From: Candidatus Kryptoniota bacterium
GTDB taxonomy: Bacteria; Bacteroidota; Ignavibacteria; Kryptoniales; JAKASW01
Assembly (NCBI GenBank): GCA_049966155.1
Contig: JBMFVE010000001.1
Span: 654,916-718,915 of the forward strand
Direction of reading: 5' to 3'
DNA length: 64,000 bases
Shown: piece after piece, positions 29,644 to 38,986 of the stretch
Position numbering within the stretch: the first letter of the stretch is position 1
How the letters are laid out: every line of letters begins with the position of its first letter
The notes under the pieces: model-generated
The model's input: only the letters and a program-made list of their open reading frames with translations
Database searches by the model: none
What the model was told of the DNA's origin: nothing
Position numbers and translations under genes: made by a program

Positions 29644-30885
29644 ATGAAAACTTTTGCTATTACCTTGGAGCTTCTGATCCTTTTCTTTTATGGGAATTCT
29701 TTTTCCCAAACAGTTCAACACGACACCGCTTTTTTCGTTGTACCAAAAAATGAATTTTACGACTCAATAAAGACCGCACTTGAAAGATTTTACAATCAGA
29801 AGGATACCATTACACCCGTCGAAAGGGTTATTCGCCCCGATTTCAGTAAATTTAACCCCCCGAAATCAGTCGACGAATTTGTCCAGTATTGGCACAACCC
29901 CCCCATATCCCAGGGAAACACAGGAACGTGCTGGTGCTTTTCAACTACTTCATTCTTAGAATCGGAAATATACCGCCTGACAGGAAGAAAGGTTAAACTT
30001 TCAGAAATGTACACAGTCTACTGGGAATATGTAGAAAAATCTCTTGGATATGTTCGTTCAAGAGGTAGACAGGAATTCGGCGAAGGCTCGGAGGCAAATG
30101 CTGTAATCCGAGCATGGAAAAATCACGGAATTGTGCCAGAACAAGATTACACAGGGCTGTTGAACGGTCAGCCTTTTCATGACCACTCGAAATTATTCGC
30201 CGAACTCGATTCGTTTCTGCGATCTGTAAAAAAATCCAATGCATGGGATGAAACTTTGGTGGAAAATACGGTCAAATCCATCCTCAACCATTACATGGGG
30301 AGGCCGCCTGAAAAAATTAACATTGATGGAAAATTAATGACCCCAAAGGAGTATCTCGATCAAATTTTAAAACTGAATCTGGACGACTACATATCCCTCG
30401 TTTCTTTTTCTGACCGTCCATATTACACCTGGGTTGAATACAATGTACCGGATAACTGGTGGCACAGCAAAGAGTACTTTAACGTCCCCTTACATGAATT
30501 TATGAATGCTATTAAGAACGCCGTTCGCTCCGGTTACACAATGGAAATCTGGGGAGATGTTTCAGAACCCGGAATTGATGGCCATGCTGGCATCGCTGTA
30601 ATCCCTTCCTTTGACATTCCCCCGCAATACATTGATGCTAACGCCCGCATCTTCAGATTCTACAACCATACAACGACAGATGACCATGGTATACATCTTG
30701 TCGGTTACCTGAATAAAGACGGCAAAGATTGGTATCTGATAAAGGATTCCGGCTCCAGTGCGAGAAACAACAATCTTCACCCCGGATATTATTTCTACAA
30801 TGAGGACTACATAAAACTTAAAATGCTTGGAATCATGATTTCCAAAAGTGCAATACCTCAAATCTTGAGCAAAATGAAGCAATAA
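29644..30885 (+). CDS. C1-family cysteine peptidase (aminopeptidase C/bleomycin-hydrolase-like) with a signal peptide
   Basis: Active-site QGNTGTCWCFS, catalytic His context DDHGIHLVGY, then IKDSGS. An N-terminal hydrophobic leader. Confidence 0.8.
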   Translation: MKTFAITLELLILFFYGNSFSQTVQHDTAFFVVPKNEFYDSIKTALERFYNQKDTITPVERVIRPDFSKFNPPKSVDEFVQYWHNPPISQGNTGTCWCFSTTSFLESEIYRLTGRKVKLSEMYTVYWEYVEKSLGYVRSRGRQEFGEGSEANAVIRAWKNHGIVPEQDYTGLLNGQPFHDHSKLFAELDSFLRSVKKSNAWDETLVENTVKSILNHYMGRPPEKINIDGKLMTPKEYLDQILKLNLDDYISLVSFSDRPYYTWVEYNVPDNWWHSKEYFNVPLHEFMNAIKNAVRSGYTMEIWGDVSEPGIDGHAGIAVIPSFDIPPQYIDANARIFRFYNHTTTDDHGIHLVGYLNKDGKDWYLIKDSGSSARNNNLHPGYYFYNEDYIKLKMLGIMISKSAIPQILSKMKQ

Positions 30886-30977
30886 ATTTTTTCAACCATC
30901 TGACTTCGTAAGGATTTTTGCCGAGTCAACCCAAAAGTTGGTAAATTGTGAGAGATGGCTTAAATTTACATAGAAAC

Positions 30978-31050
30978 TGCCCGGTGGTGTAATTGGCAAC
31001 ACGCCTGACTCTGGATCAGGAAAGTCTAGGTTCGAGCCCTAGCCGGGCAG
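30978..31050 (+). tRNA. tRNA-Gln (anticodon CTG)
   Basis: Acceptor TGCCCGG/CCGGGCA (U1-A72, as in bacterial tRNA-Gln), anticodon stem CCTGA/TCAGG with loop CTCTGGA, T arm CTAGG-TTCGAGC-CCTAG, discriminator G. Confidence 0.85.
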
Positions 31051-31095
31051 CGCCTCTCCTCCAGAGAGGAGGAAAAAATTAATGCTTAATCCAAC

Positions 31096-31168
31096 GGCGC
31101 TATCGTCTAGTGGCCCAGGACGTCGCCCTCTCAAGGCGAAAACACGGGTTCAACTCCCGTTAGCGCTA
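31096..31168 (+). tRNA. tRNA-Glu (anticodon CTC)
   Basis: Acceptor GGCGCTA/TAGCGCT (G1-U72 wobble), D region TCGTCTAGTGGCCCAGGAC typical of tRNA-Glu, anticodon stem TCGCC/GGCGA with loop CTCTCAA, T arm ACGGG-TTCAACT-CCCGT. Confidence 0.85.
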
Positions 31169-31255
31169 CACGCGAATTCGAAATCAGAACTCCCCACACA
31201 CAACTCAATTGCCAATTACTACAAGCTCCCCCAGCAAGATATCAGTTATACACTA

Positions 31256-32113
31256 TTAACGATGGTAGGATTTGCTTGACAATAGCGAGAGCAGTTCATT
31301 TCTCTCCATGTTCGCAGTCGCGACGCAAATATTGCCGTTATGTGCCCACACTGCTTGCAAATCGCCGTTGGAGTCATACGTCCAGTACCAATTCTCGCCA
31401 GAAATACTCTTAATGCACCCAAGAGGAAGTCTGAGCACCCTGGCATCAAGGTATTCTTTAGGGAAAGCAAGAATATAAACGTATGTATCTCCCATTTTGT
31501 AAATCACATGCACGATTGGCCTATTATCACCATCGGTTATCGTTGCACCAACCCAATCAACGTTCGGTATTGACGGAATGTAGACTGAATAGCCCACTTT
31601 TTCTTTCAGGTAAGCCAACACGTCGGAAATTGCTTTGGACGTTATTTTCGGTTTCATTGTTCCGCTAAGTACACTCTGAAAATTGTTCTCCGCAGCAGAT
31701 AAAGCATCCATATTTTCTGCCTTTAGTGAAACAGATGACGGGTGTCCCCCGCTCTCTGTCAAGGTGTTTGACCTGTTGAGAACAAACAAAGTGATAGCAA
31801 TCAGAACGACCACTCCAAATGCAAGCAGCGGCTGAAAAAAACTGTTACTAAGTAATGAACTCCATAAGTTAAATGTGTGACCTGCATTGCCAGATGAGTT
31901 AATTTGAATCAAAATTGCCTGCTGAAGCTCATACGGAACCTCCACCCATGTAATCTTTCGCTTGATATATGCCTTCGTAAGTTTCTCGAGCTCATATTCA
32001 TCCCTGCATTCGGAGCATATTTCTATGTGTTCAAAAAATTCAGCAGACTGCTCCTTGCTCAGTTCGTTATCAACAGCTCCAGTCATCAACTCGCGTGATT
32101 CTCTGCAATCCAA
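31256..32113 (-). CDS. Zinc-finger (zf-HC2) anti-sigma factor, single-pass membrane protein
   Basis: N-terminal H-x3-C-x2-C motif (FEHIEICSEC), a central TM (FFQPLLAFGVVVLIAITLFVL), and a position directly downstream of an ECF sigma gene. TTG start. Confidence 0.65.
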   Translation of the reverse strand: MDCRESRELMTGAVDNELSKEQSAEFFEHIEICSECRDEYELEKLTKAYIKRKITWVEVPYELQQAILIQINSSGNAGHTFNLWSSLLSNSFFQPLLAFGVVVLIAITLFVLNRSNTLTESGGHPSSVSLKAENMDALSAAENNFQSVLSGTMKPKITSKAISDVLAYLKEKVGYSVYIPSIPNVDWVGATITDGDNRPIVHVIYKMGDTYVYILAFPKEYLDARVLRLPLGCIKSISGENWYWTYDSNGDLQAVWAHNGNICVATANMERNELLSLLSSKSYHR

Positions 32114-32134
32114 CGCTATCTTCTCCTCATCACA

Positions 32135-32722
32135 TCAGTCCGACTCATCACTGAGATCTCTATATCCATGCTGCAATGCATAATGCCTTAACGATTCTCT
32201 GAGCATTTTCCTGCCGCGATGTAAACGAGATCTCACGGTGCCTATAGGTATCTCAATAAAGTCAGCAATTTCCTCATAAGTATATCCCTCGATATCGCAA
32301 AGTATAACCACTGTTCTAAACTCCTCCGGTAAATCCTGAAGAGCCTTCGCAACTTCATCTTCAAAAAGGTTGCCAAATATCTTCTCCTGGAGATCATTTG
32401 TGTCAACAACCGAACCCTTGACGGTTGCGTAGAAATCTTTTATTTCATCGTAATCAACCTTATCGGGCTCTTTCGACTCTCTCCTATAGCGGTTGATGTA
32501 CGAGTTCTTCATTATTCGGAACAACCACGCCTTGGCGTTTGTTCCCTGAGAATACTTATCAAAAAACCTATAGGCTTTCATATAGGTCTCCTGAACTAGA
32601 TCTTTGGCATCATCAGGATCTCCTGTCATCCTGAGCGCAAAGTTATACAGGGCACCCATGTGTGGCAGCATCTCTTTTGTAAATTCTTTATGTTTATCCT
32701 GCATTTGGTTCATCAACACCAA
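32135..32722 (-). CDS. ECF-type RNA polymerase sigma factor (intact)
   Basis: Region 2 DAKDLVQETYMKAYRFF...AWLFRIMKNSYINRYR. Region 4 YTYEEIADFIEIPIGTVRSRLHRGRKML. Confidence 0.9.
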   Translation of the reverse strand: MVLMNQMQDKHKEFTKEMLPHMGALYNFALRMTGDPDDAKDLVQETYMKAYRFFDKYSQGTNAKAWLFRIMKNSYINRYRRESKEPDKVDYDEIKDFYATVKGSVVDTNDLQEKIFGNLFEDEVAKALQDLPEEFRTVVILCDIEGYTYEEIADFIEIPIGTVRSRLHRGRKMLRESLRHYALQHGYRDLSDESD

Positions 32723-32929
32723 AAACGACTGTTATTGATATTCTTTTCTCCTCACATACTTTGCTCAGTATAACACGCAAATGAAACTAAGGCAAGAGTG
32801 AAACTCCTGAACCATAATTAACATCTAACAAAAACATGTAAAAAGAAACTTCAATCTGTACTAATAAATTGATTTGTTGAGAACTTAACATTAAAATTAA
32901 CTACAGGAAATTACAACTGGAGAAAAGAA

Positions 32930-33877
32930 ATGAAAACAAAGATATTGGGAAAAAACGGTCCGGAGCTATCGGTCATCGGGTTCGGTGCATGGGCAATAGG
33001 AGGCCCTTGGGAATATGGGTGGGGACCTGTAGATGATGAATCTTCCAAAAAAGCTATAAGAAAGGCACTTGATCTCGGAATTAACTGGATTGATACCGCT
33101 GCAGTTTACGGGCTGGGCCATTCAGAAGAAGTGGTGGCTGAAGCAATTAAAGGAAAAAGGCACGAGGTGTTTGTCGCAACAAAATGCGGTCTCGTGTGGG
33201 ACGACAGGAAAAGAGTGACTCGATCAATTAAACCCGAAAGTATTCGAAAAGAAATCGAGGGGAGTTTGCGCAGGTTGAAAACTGATCATGTAGATCTTTA
33301 CCAGATACACTGGTACGATGAAGTTACACCTGTAGAAGATGCTTGGGAAATGATGGCAAAGCTCCAGAATGAGGGAAAAGCACGGTATATCGGTGTATCA
33401 AATTTTGATGTGGCCCTTCTTATGAAATGCCAATCAATAGCTCCTGTGCAGTCGTTGCAACCGCCTTACAATTTACTCAAGCGTGACGTTGAAAGAGAAA
33501 TCCTGCCATATTGTCTTCGAAACGAAATCGGGGTTGTGGCTTACAGTCCTATGATGTCAGGGTTGCTAAGCGGAAAATATGATCCCAGAAAAGTTGCACC
33601 TGATGACTGGAGAAGGAGGGATAAAATGTTCCAGGAACCAATGCTGTCAAAAGCAATGACATTGGTGGAAAGGCTCAAGCCGATAGCTGTACGACACGGC
33701 AAAACCGTAGGTCAACTTTCCATTGCTTGGGTCATTGCTAACCCCGCGGTGACTTCTGCCATTGTTGGAGCAAGAACAGCAGAGCAGGTCCAGGAAAATG
33801 TGGACGCAGCTGATATGGTTTTAAATGAATCTGAATTATCCGAGATTGATAATATTCTCAAAGAAACCATGATTTGA
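32930..33877 (+). CDS. Aldo/keto reductase
   Basis: GFGAWAIGG, IDTAAVYGLGHSEEVV and IGVSNF blocks. 315 aa. Confidence 0.9.
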   Translation: MKTKILGKNGPELSVIGFGAWAIGGPWEYGWGPVDDESSKKAIRKALDLGINWIDTAAVYGLGHSEEVVAEAIKGKRHEVFVATKCGLVWDDRKRVTRSIKPESIRKEIEGSLRRLKTDHVDLYQIHWYDEVTPVEDAWEMMAKLQNEGKARYIGVSNFDVALLMKCQSIAPVQSLQPPYNLLKRDVEREILPYCLRNEIGVVAYSPMMSGLLSGKYDPRKVAPDDWRRRDKMFQEPMLSKAMTLVERLKPIAVRHGKTVGQLSIAWVIANPAVTSAIVGARTAEQVQENVDAADMVLNESELSEIDNILKETMI

Positions 33878-34573
33878 ATGAAACTTCTAAACCTTGTGTT
33901 TTTCTCCACTTTAGTTGTCGCATCTCAGAACTCCGCAAACCAGGTACCCTCTGAATTGAATACGATTGTTTTTTTAGGAGATTCGATCACTGAAATGGGT
34001 GATGCGCCGATTGGCTTCATTACGTTAATACGAAATGCCTTCACCCATGCACATAGTATCAATGCTCCAAAAATAATTAACGCTGGCGTCAGCGGAAACA
34101 AAGTCACCGACCTGCAGGAGCGACTCGATCGAGATGTTATTAGCAAGAAACCTGCCGTGGTTATAATATATATCGGAATCAATGACGTATGGCATTACGC
34201 ACTCCCGGGCTTAAAGGGGACCCCAATAAACATTTACGAATCCGAACTCAAAAACATTGTAAACAAAATAAAAGGAGTCGGAGCAAAAGTACTTTTGTGT
34301 ACTCCTACGGTAATTGGCGAAAGGCAACACGGTACAAACCCCCAGGATACCATTCTTGATGACTACTCTGCTGTAAGTGTTAAGGTTGCTTATGAGACAA
34401 ATTCAATCCTGATTGATCTCCATTCGGCCTTCCTTAACTACCTCCGTAACCACAACCCTTATGATCTGCGAGAAGGTATTTTGACTGTGGATGGAGTACA
34501 CCTTAATAAAAAAGGGAATGAATTAGTAGCCTCTGAAATTTTAAAAGCATTGAGTGAGGAAAAGATTTTCTAA
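33878..34573 (+). CDS. SGNH/GDSL-family hydrolase, secreted
   Basis: Block I FLGDSITE, block III IGINDV, block V DGVHLN. An N-terminal hydrophobic leader. Confidence 0.8.
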   Translation: MKLLNLVFFSTLVVASQNSANQVPSELNTIVFLGDSITEMGDAPIGFITLIRNAFTHAHSINAPKIINAGVSGNKVTDLQERLDRDVISKKPAVVIIYIGINDVWHYALPGLKGTPINIYESELKNIVNKIKGVGAKVLLCTPTVIGERQHGTNPQDTILDDYSAVSVKVAYETNSILIDLHSAFLNYLRNHNPYDLREGILTVDGVHLNKKGNELVASEILKALSEEKIF

Positions 34574-34599
34574 TCCGGCGTTGACAAATTGTCAGGATA

Positions 34600-34629
34600 T
34601 AGCGACATATTTCTGGCATTATGTCGCTA
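34600..34629 (+). terminator. 10-bp-stem hairpin after the SGNH gene (weak terminator candidate)
   Basis: TAGCGACATA-tttctggcat-TATGTCGCTA. No clear U-tract follows. Confidence 0.3.
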
Positions 34630-34698
34630 ATCTGTCCAAATTTGACGAATCATATGAAATGGGCTGCTCAAATTGCTTAAAATAAGGGGTTCCCTTAG

Positions 34699-34713
34699 CG
34701 GCACGCCAGTTGA
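34699..34713 (+). promoter_or_regulatory. Sigma-54-like -24/-12 element upstream of hsp20 (speculative)
   Basis: CGGCACGCCAGTTGA compared with consensus TGGCACG-N4-TTGC. The spacing is correct, with two mismatches including the -12 C. It lies about 50 nt upstream of the hsp20 ATG. Confidence 0.2.
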
Positions 34714-34762
34714 ACATTCCACATTGAAAACGAAACAAAAACAAAGAAAGGAGGAATGACCT

Positions 34763-35230
34763 ATGGCAATCGTAAGATGGAAACCCGAAAGAGAACTTGA
34801 AACATGGAGCCCGTTTCGCGATTTAATGAATATTCAGCGTGAAATCGGGCGCGTTTTCGACAGCCTTTTCGGCGATGTCGATGGAGGGAGGATGGATATG
34901 GAGTGGTCTCCCCGGGTGGACGTCCTGGAGAAAAACGACTCTTACATTTTGAGAGCTGAACTCCCGGGCGTAAACAAAAATGATGTCAAGATTACCCTAC
35001 GCGACAATATCCTGACAATCAAAGGGGAGAAGAAACAGGAGAAAGAAGAAAAGGATGTCAACTTCCATCGTACTGAGCGAATATATGGAAGCTTCGAACG
35101 ATCCTTCACACTTCCAAGCGGCGTCAAGAACGACAAGATCGACGCCACTTATAAGGATGGTGTGTTGACTATTACTCTGCCGAAGGTTGAAGAGGCTAAA
35201 CCGAAAGAAATTGAAGTGAAAGTTTCGTAA
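34763..35230 (+). CDS. Hsp20/alpha-crystallin small heat-shock protein
   Basis: Alpha-crystallin domain (AELPGVNKNDVKITL...GVLTITLPK). Strong RBS AAGGAGGA. Confidence 0.9.
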   Translation: MAIVRWKPERELETWSPFRDLMNIQREIGRVFDSLFGDVDGGRMDMEWSPRVDVLEKNDSYILRAELPGVNKNDVKITLRDNILTIKGEKKQEKEEKDVNFHRTERIYGSFERSFTLPSGVKNDKIDATYKDGVLTITLPKVEEAKPKEIEVKVS

Positions 35231-35238
35231 GCTATTGT

Positions 35239-35266
35239 GCGTCCCACACTATAATGTGTGGGACGC
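35239..35266 (+). terminator. Hairpin after hsp20
   Basis: GCGTCCCACAC-tataat-GTGTGGGACGC forms an 11-bp perfect stem. It lies 9 nt after the stop, and the U-tract is weak. Confidence 0.5.
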
Positions 35267-35293
35267 TACTCCCATTTCGATTGAGATTATGTC

Positions 35294-35782
35294 ATGGACA
35301 CCTGGACACAAAATAGAAAAAGCAAAATGAGTTTTTTTGACTTCTTTTCTGAATCGGCTTTCAAAAAGAGGGAAATTCAAAGGACTGTCAAACTTCTGCA
35401 GCAGGATTACCTGACAGCTTTGAAAATTTCTTCAAACCTTTCTATGCACGTAAAGTGGATACCATATCCATTTCTACAGGAGAGAGTGAGAAAAATTTCC
35501 GAATCACTGCGCAAGCAATCTGAACTACTTCGAGAACAAATAACTAAACTCGGTGGTGAACTACCACAATTCTCATCAGAGCAACCCACCCTGTACGACC
35601 ACAGACAAAATGTAAAGAAGCTTGTCCAGGAACTCGAGAATTTATCCGAACTCTACGAAACTTATGCTCACCAGAGAAACATTGTTGAACAGAGCGAAAG
35701 CGCACAGGTTTTATCAACCCTCCTGGACAACACAGGGAAGCTAAAAGAAGATTTAACAGATATAGTAATGCGATTGTCATGA
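35294..35782 (+). CDS. Hypothetical helical protein between hsp20 and lon
   Basis: Complete ORF whose likely start is ATG 35327 (MSFFDFF). The sequence is all-helical by eye and I recognise no motif. It ends 11 nt before lon. Confidence 0.45.
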   Translation: MDTWTQNRKSKMSFFDFFSESAFKKREIQRTVKLLQQDYLTALKISSNLSMHVKWIPYPFLQERVRKISESLRKQSELLREQITKLGGELPQFSSEQPTLYDHRQNVKKLVQELENLSELYETYAHQRNIVEQSESAQVLSTLLDNTGKLKEDLTDIVMRLS

Positions 35783-35793
35783 AAGGATAAAAA

Positions 35794-38223
35794 ATGAAGA
35801 ACGAAATTGAGAAAGAGGGTGACCAAATTATTATTGATGACCCCGTTTCAACATATACGCAGGAAATTCTACCCATAATGCCACTCCGCAACTCAGTATT
35901 TTTCCCTCGCCAGATGATGCCACTGTCTGTTGGTAGAAAAAGTACTATCCAGCTTGTCGATGAGGCTTTTCGGGATGATATAGCGGTTCTAATAGTAGCT
36001 CAAAAAGACGCAAATATAGAGTCTCCAAAGCCTGAAGATATTTATCAGTTCGGCACCGTAGCAAGAATACTAAAGGTCTACAATTTGCCGGATGGCTCAA
36101 AGAGTGTTTTTGTCCAGGGACTTTACAGGGCAAAGATTTTCAATTTTGTGCAACAGGAACCCTACCTTAAAGGATTTGTTCAGCGTATTGACGATGAAAC
36201 TGATGAGGGAATTGAAATCGATGCCCTTGTTGCAACAATTAAGAACGGCTTTAGAAAAGCTGTTGAACTGGCTCCGGATCTAACTCCCGAGCATCTGAGC
36301 CTCATTCTGAACACGGATGACCCGGGTCAGGTAGCAGATATGGCAATGTGGCTAATAAATATACCTGTAAAAGAAAAGCAAGAAGTTCTAGAGAGCATTA
36401 ACATAAAGAAACGTCTTGAAAAGGCAAATCTCTACTTGACCAAACTCGTTCAACGGCTTGAGCTTGGTAACAAAATCCAAAATGAAGTACAGGATGAGAT
36501 TAACAAAAGCCAGCGTGATTATTTTTTAAGAGAACAGCTAAAGGCAATCAAGCGCGAACTTGGTGAAGACGATGAATATATAGAGATTAGAGAATTCAAG
36601 AAGAGACTTGAAGAGGAAACGTATCCTCACGAAGTTGAAGATGCTGTTGAAAGGGAAATAGAAAGGCTTCAGCGGATGCACCCCTCAAGCGCTGAATATA
36701 CTGTTTCACGCACTTACGTTGAGTGGCTCCTTGAACTACCATGGAACTCATCGACCCAGGATAATCTCGATATCGGGGAAGCAGAAAAAATCCTTGAACG
36801 GGATCATTATGGACTCGATAAAGTCAAGAAAAGAATTTTAGAATATTTAGCTGTTCGCAAGTTAAAAAATGATATGCGAGGCCCAATACTCTGCTTTGTC
36901 GGACCGCCGGGAGTGGGTAAAACAAGTCTCGGTAAATCTATAGCAAATGCTTTGAGAAGAAATTTTGTTAGAATGTCTCTCGGGGGTGTGCACGATGAAG
37001 CTGAAATTCGCGGCCACAGGAGAACTTATATTGGTGCTCTACCTGGCAGGATAATTCAGGGAATCAAGAAGGCTGGATCTAATAATCCTGTCTTTATGCT
37101 TGATGAAGTTGACAAAATTGGTATGGATTTCCGGGGCGACCCCTCGAGTGCATTGCTGGAAGTGCTCGATCCTGAACAAAACTTTTCGTTTAGTGATCAT
37201 TACATAGAAATTCCATTTGATCTTTCCAAAGTAATGTTTATTGCAACAGCCAATTTAATTGAACCAATTCCTCCTGCTCTCCGTGACAGAATGGAAATAA
37301 TTGAGATTCCGAGCTACGTAGAAGACGAAAAAATGCAGATTGCAAAAAGATTCCTCGTCCCGAAACAAATCAATGAGCACGGTTTGAAGGCAGAAAATGT
37401 GCAGTTCACAGATGATTCACTTCACTACATAATATCTGGTTATACAAAGGAAGCGGGTGTGAGGAACCTGGAACGAAAAATAGCCGACATTTGTCGGGGG
37501 GTAGCTAAAGAAGTAGTGGAAGGGAATGATAAAAAATTTACAATTGATAGGCAGGCTGTTGTAAAATATCTGGGGAACCAAAAATTTTATCCTGAAATTT
37601 CAGAACGAATAAACAAACCCGGTATTGCAACAGGACTCGCATGGACACCTGTTGGAGGGGATATTCTCTTCATTGAAGCAACGAAAATGAAGGGGAAAGG
37701 TGGATTGATTTTGACTGGTCAACTTGGTGACGTAATGAAAGAGTCAGCACAGGCAGCAATGAGCTATATTGCATCAAATGCAGAAGATCTTGGAATCGAA
37801 CCGGATTTTCGTTCAAAGTATGACATCCACGTCCATGTACCTGCGGGCGCAGTTCCCAAGGATGGACCTTCTGCAGGAGTGACAATGCTTACTGCACTTG
37901 TTTCACTCCTTACGAACCGGTTGGTTAGAAAGGATCTTGCCATGACGGGCGAGATAACACTGCGAGGAGCGGTGTTGCCAATCGGCGGCGTCAAGGAAAA
38001 AGTTATAGCCGCAGTAAGGGCAGGGATAAAAACCGTAATCCTTCCAGAGAGAAACAAGCTTGATGTTGATGAAGTACCCATTAATGTCCGTGAACAGGTG
38101 AACTTTAAGTTTGTAAACGAGATGAAAGAAGTCCTTGACTTTGCCCTTATGCCGCCCGATAAAGCAATTGAACCTTTAAGGAGAAAGCGGATTAAAAAGA
38201 CACTCAAAAAAACGAAGTCCTAG
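35794..38223 (+). CDS. lon: ATP-dependent Lon protease (LonA)
   Basis: LON N-terminal domain, Walker A GPPGVGKTS, Walker B FMLDEVDK, catalytic Ser in KDGPSAGVTM. 809 aa. Confidence 0.95.
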   Translation: MKNEIEKEGDQIIIDDPVSTYTQEILPIMPLRNSVFFPRQMMPLSVGRKSTIQLVDEAFRDDIAVLIVAQKDANIESPKPEDIYQFGTVARILKVYNLPDGSKSVFVQGLYRAKIFNFVQQEPYLKGFVQRIDDETDEGIEIDALVATIKNGFRKAVELAPDLTPEHLSLILNTDDPGQVADMAMWLINIPVKEKQEVLESINIKKRLEKANLYLTKLVQRLELGNKIQNEVQDEINKSQRDYFLREQLKAIKRELGEDDEYIEIREFKKRLEEETYPHEVEDAVEREIERLQRMHPSSAEYTVSRTYVEWLLELPWNSSTQDNLDIGEAEKILERDHYGLDKVKKRILEYLAVRKLKNDMRGPILCFVGPPGVGKTSLGKSIANALRRNFVRMSLGGVHDEAEIRGHRRTYIGALPGRIIQGIKKAGSNNPVFMLDEVDKIGMDFRGDPSSALLEVLDPEQNFSFSDHYIEIPFDLSKVMFIATANLIEPIPPALRDRMEIIEIPSYVEDEKMQIAKRFLVPKQINEHGLKAENVQFTDDSLHYIISGYTKEAGVRNLERKIADICRGVAKEVVEGNDKKFTIDRQAVVKYLGNQKFYPEISERINKPGIATGLAWTPVGGDILFIEATKMKGKGGLILTGQLGDVMKESAQAAMSYIASNAEDLGIEPDFRSKYDIHVHVPAGAVPKDGPSAGVTMLTALVSLLTNRLVRKDLAMTGEITLRGAVLPIGGVKEKVIAAVRAGIKTVILPERNKLDVDEVPINVREQVNFKFVNEMKEVLDFALMPPDKAIEPLRRKRIKKTLKKTKS

Positions 38224-38343
38224 ACAACAACAAATGAAGATCCTGAAGAAAATAATTGAGGACATCCCAACTCCAATCATTATGGAATTGAGGTGTTATA
38301 CGAGACAAAACGGTATTCCTGTCTAAGGGGAAGGTGTGCGAAT

Positions 38344-38985
38344 CTAATAAGATAGAGTGAAGTATTCAGTCCTTTCCCCTGTGTGTATTCGTATAAGTCC
38401 TGCCCGAACCAGATTTACGAGAACTTTAGACGCCCGCCTCTCGCTTATGTTAACTAACTTACAGAACTCTTTTACGGTTATTCGTTCGTTCTCCTCAAGA
38501 TACTTAAAAAGTGATCTCTCATTTTCACCAATAGATATGGAAAGTGGCTCACTTTCACTTTGTAAGATCTTAACAACCTCCCTGCTTGCCAGCACACTCT
38601 TGTCGTTAACCCGTATGTAAACCTTTGACCCGCGGTCAATTTTATTCTTGTAATCCTGAAGCCGATGCGGCTTTTTGAGACTCTCCTCAACAATTGCAAC
38701 GACGACGTCCTTCCCGCTCAGTTCTATTACCTGAACAATGGGTACTATCTCCGGTTCACAATATTTCCTGGCAGCTTCAAAAATAAGATCTGTTTCTGAT
38801 TTCTCGCTTTCAACTCCAACAATTGTACCGTCATCATCAACCCCAAAAAGAATCATCCCACCTTTTGTATTGGCAAAGGCAATAAGTTCCTTGGCTATTT
38901 TTTCAGCGGAACTGAACTGTCGTTTGAATTCTATCCTGAAACTCTCTCCTTCTGAAATTAGGGTTTTCAATTCTATTACATCCAT
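38344..38985 (-). CDS. AlbA_2 (Schlafen-type divergent AAA) domain protein with a C-terminal winged-HTH
   Basis: ESFRIEFKRQF...IAKELIAFANTKGGMILFGVDDDGTIVGV. The C-terminus reads ITVKEFCKLVNISERRASKVLVNLVRAGLI. It lies 1 nt downstream of mtgA. Confidence 0.6.
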   Translation of the reverse strand: MDVIELKTLISEGESFRIEFKRQFSSAEKIAKELIAFANTKGGMILFGVDDDGTIVGVESEKSETDLIFEAARKYCEPEIVPIVQVIELSGKDVVVAIVEESLKKPHRLQDYKNKIDRGSKVYIRVNDKSVLASREVVKILQSESEPLSISIGENERSLFKYLEENERITVKEFCKLVNISERRASKVLVNLVRAGLIRIHTGERTEYFTLSY

Positions 38986-38986
38986 C

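Noticed and set aside
31051-31080. Short hairpin (TCCTCC-agaga-GGAGGA) after tRNA-Gln as a terminator
   Set aside because: The stem is only 6 bp and is followed by an A-run rather than a U-run. It sits between two co-oriented tRNAs that are probably co-transcribed.
20161-31168. Segment bounded by tRNA-Pro and tRNA-Gln/Glu as a possible genomic island
   Set aside because: There is no integrase or recombinase. No duplicated tRNA 3'-end (att) sequence is visible near 30886-30977. I saw no obvious compositional break by eye. The pseudogenes are explained by local decay.
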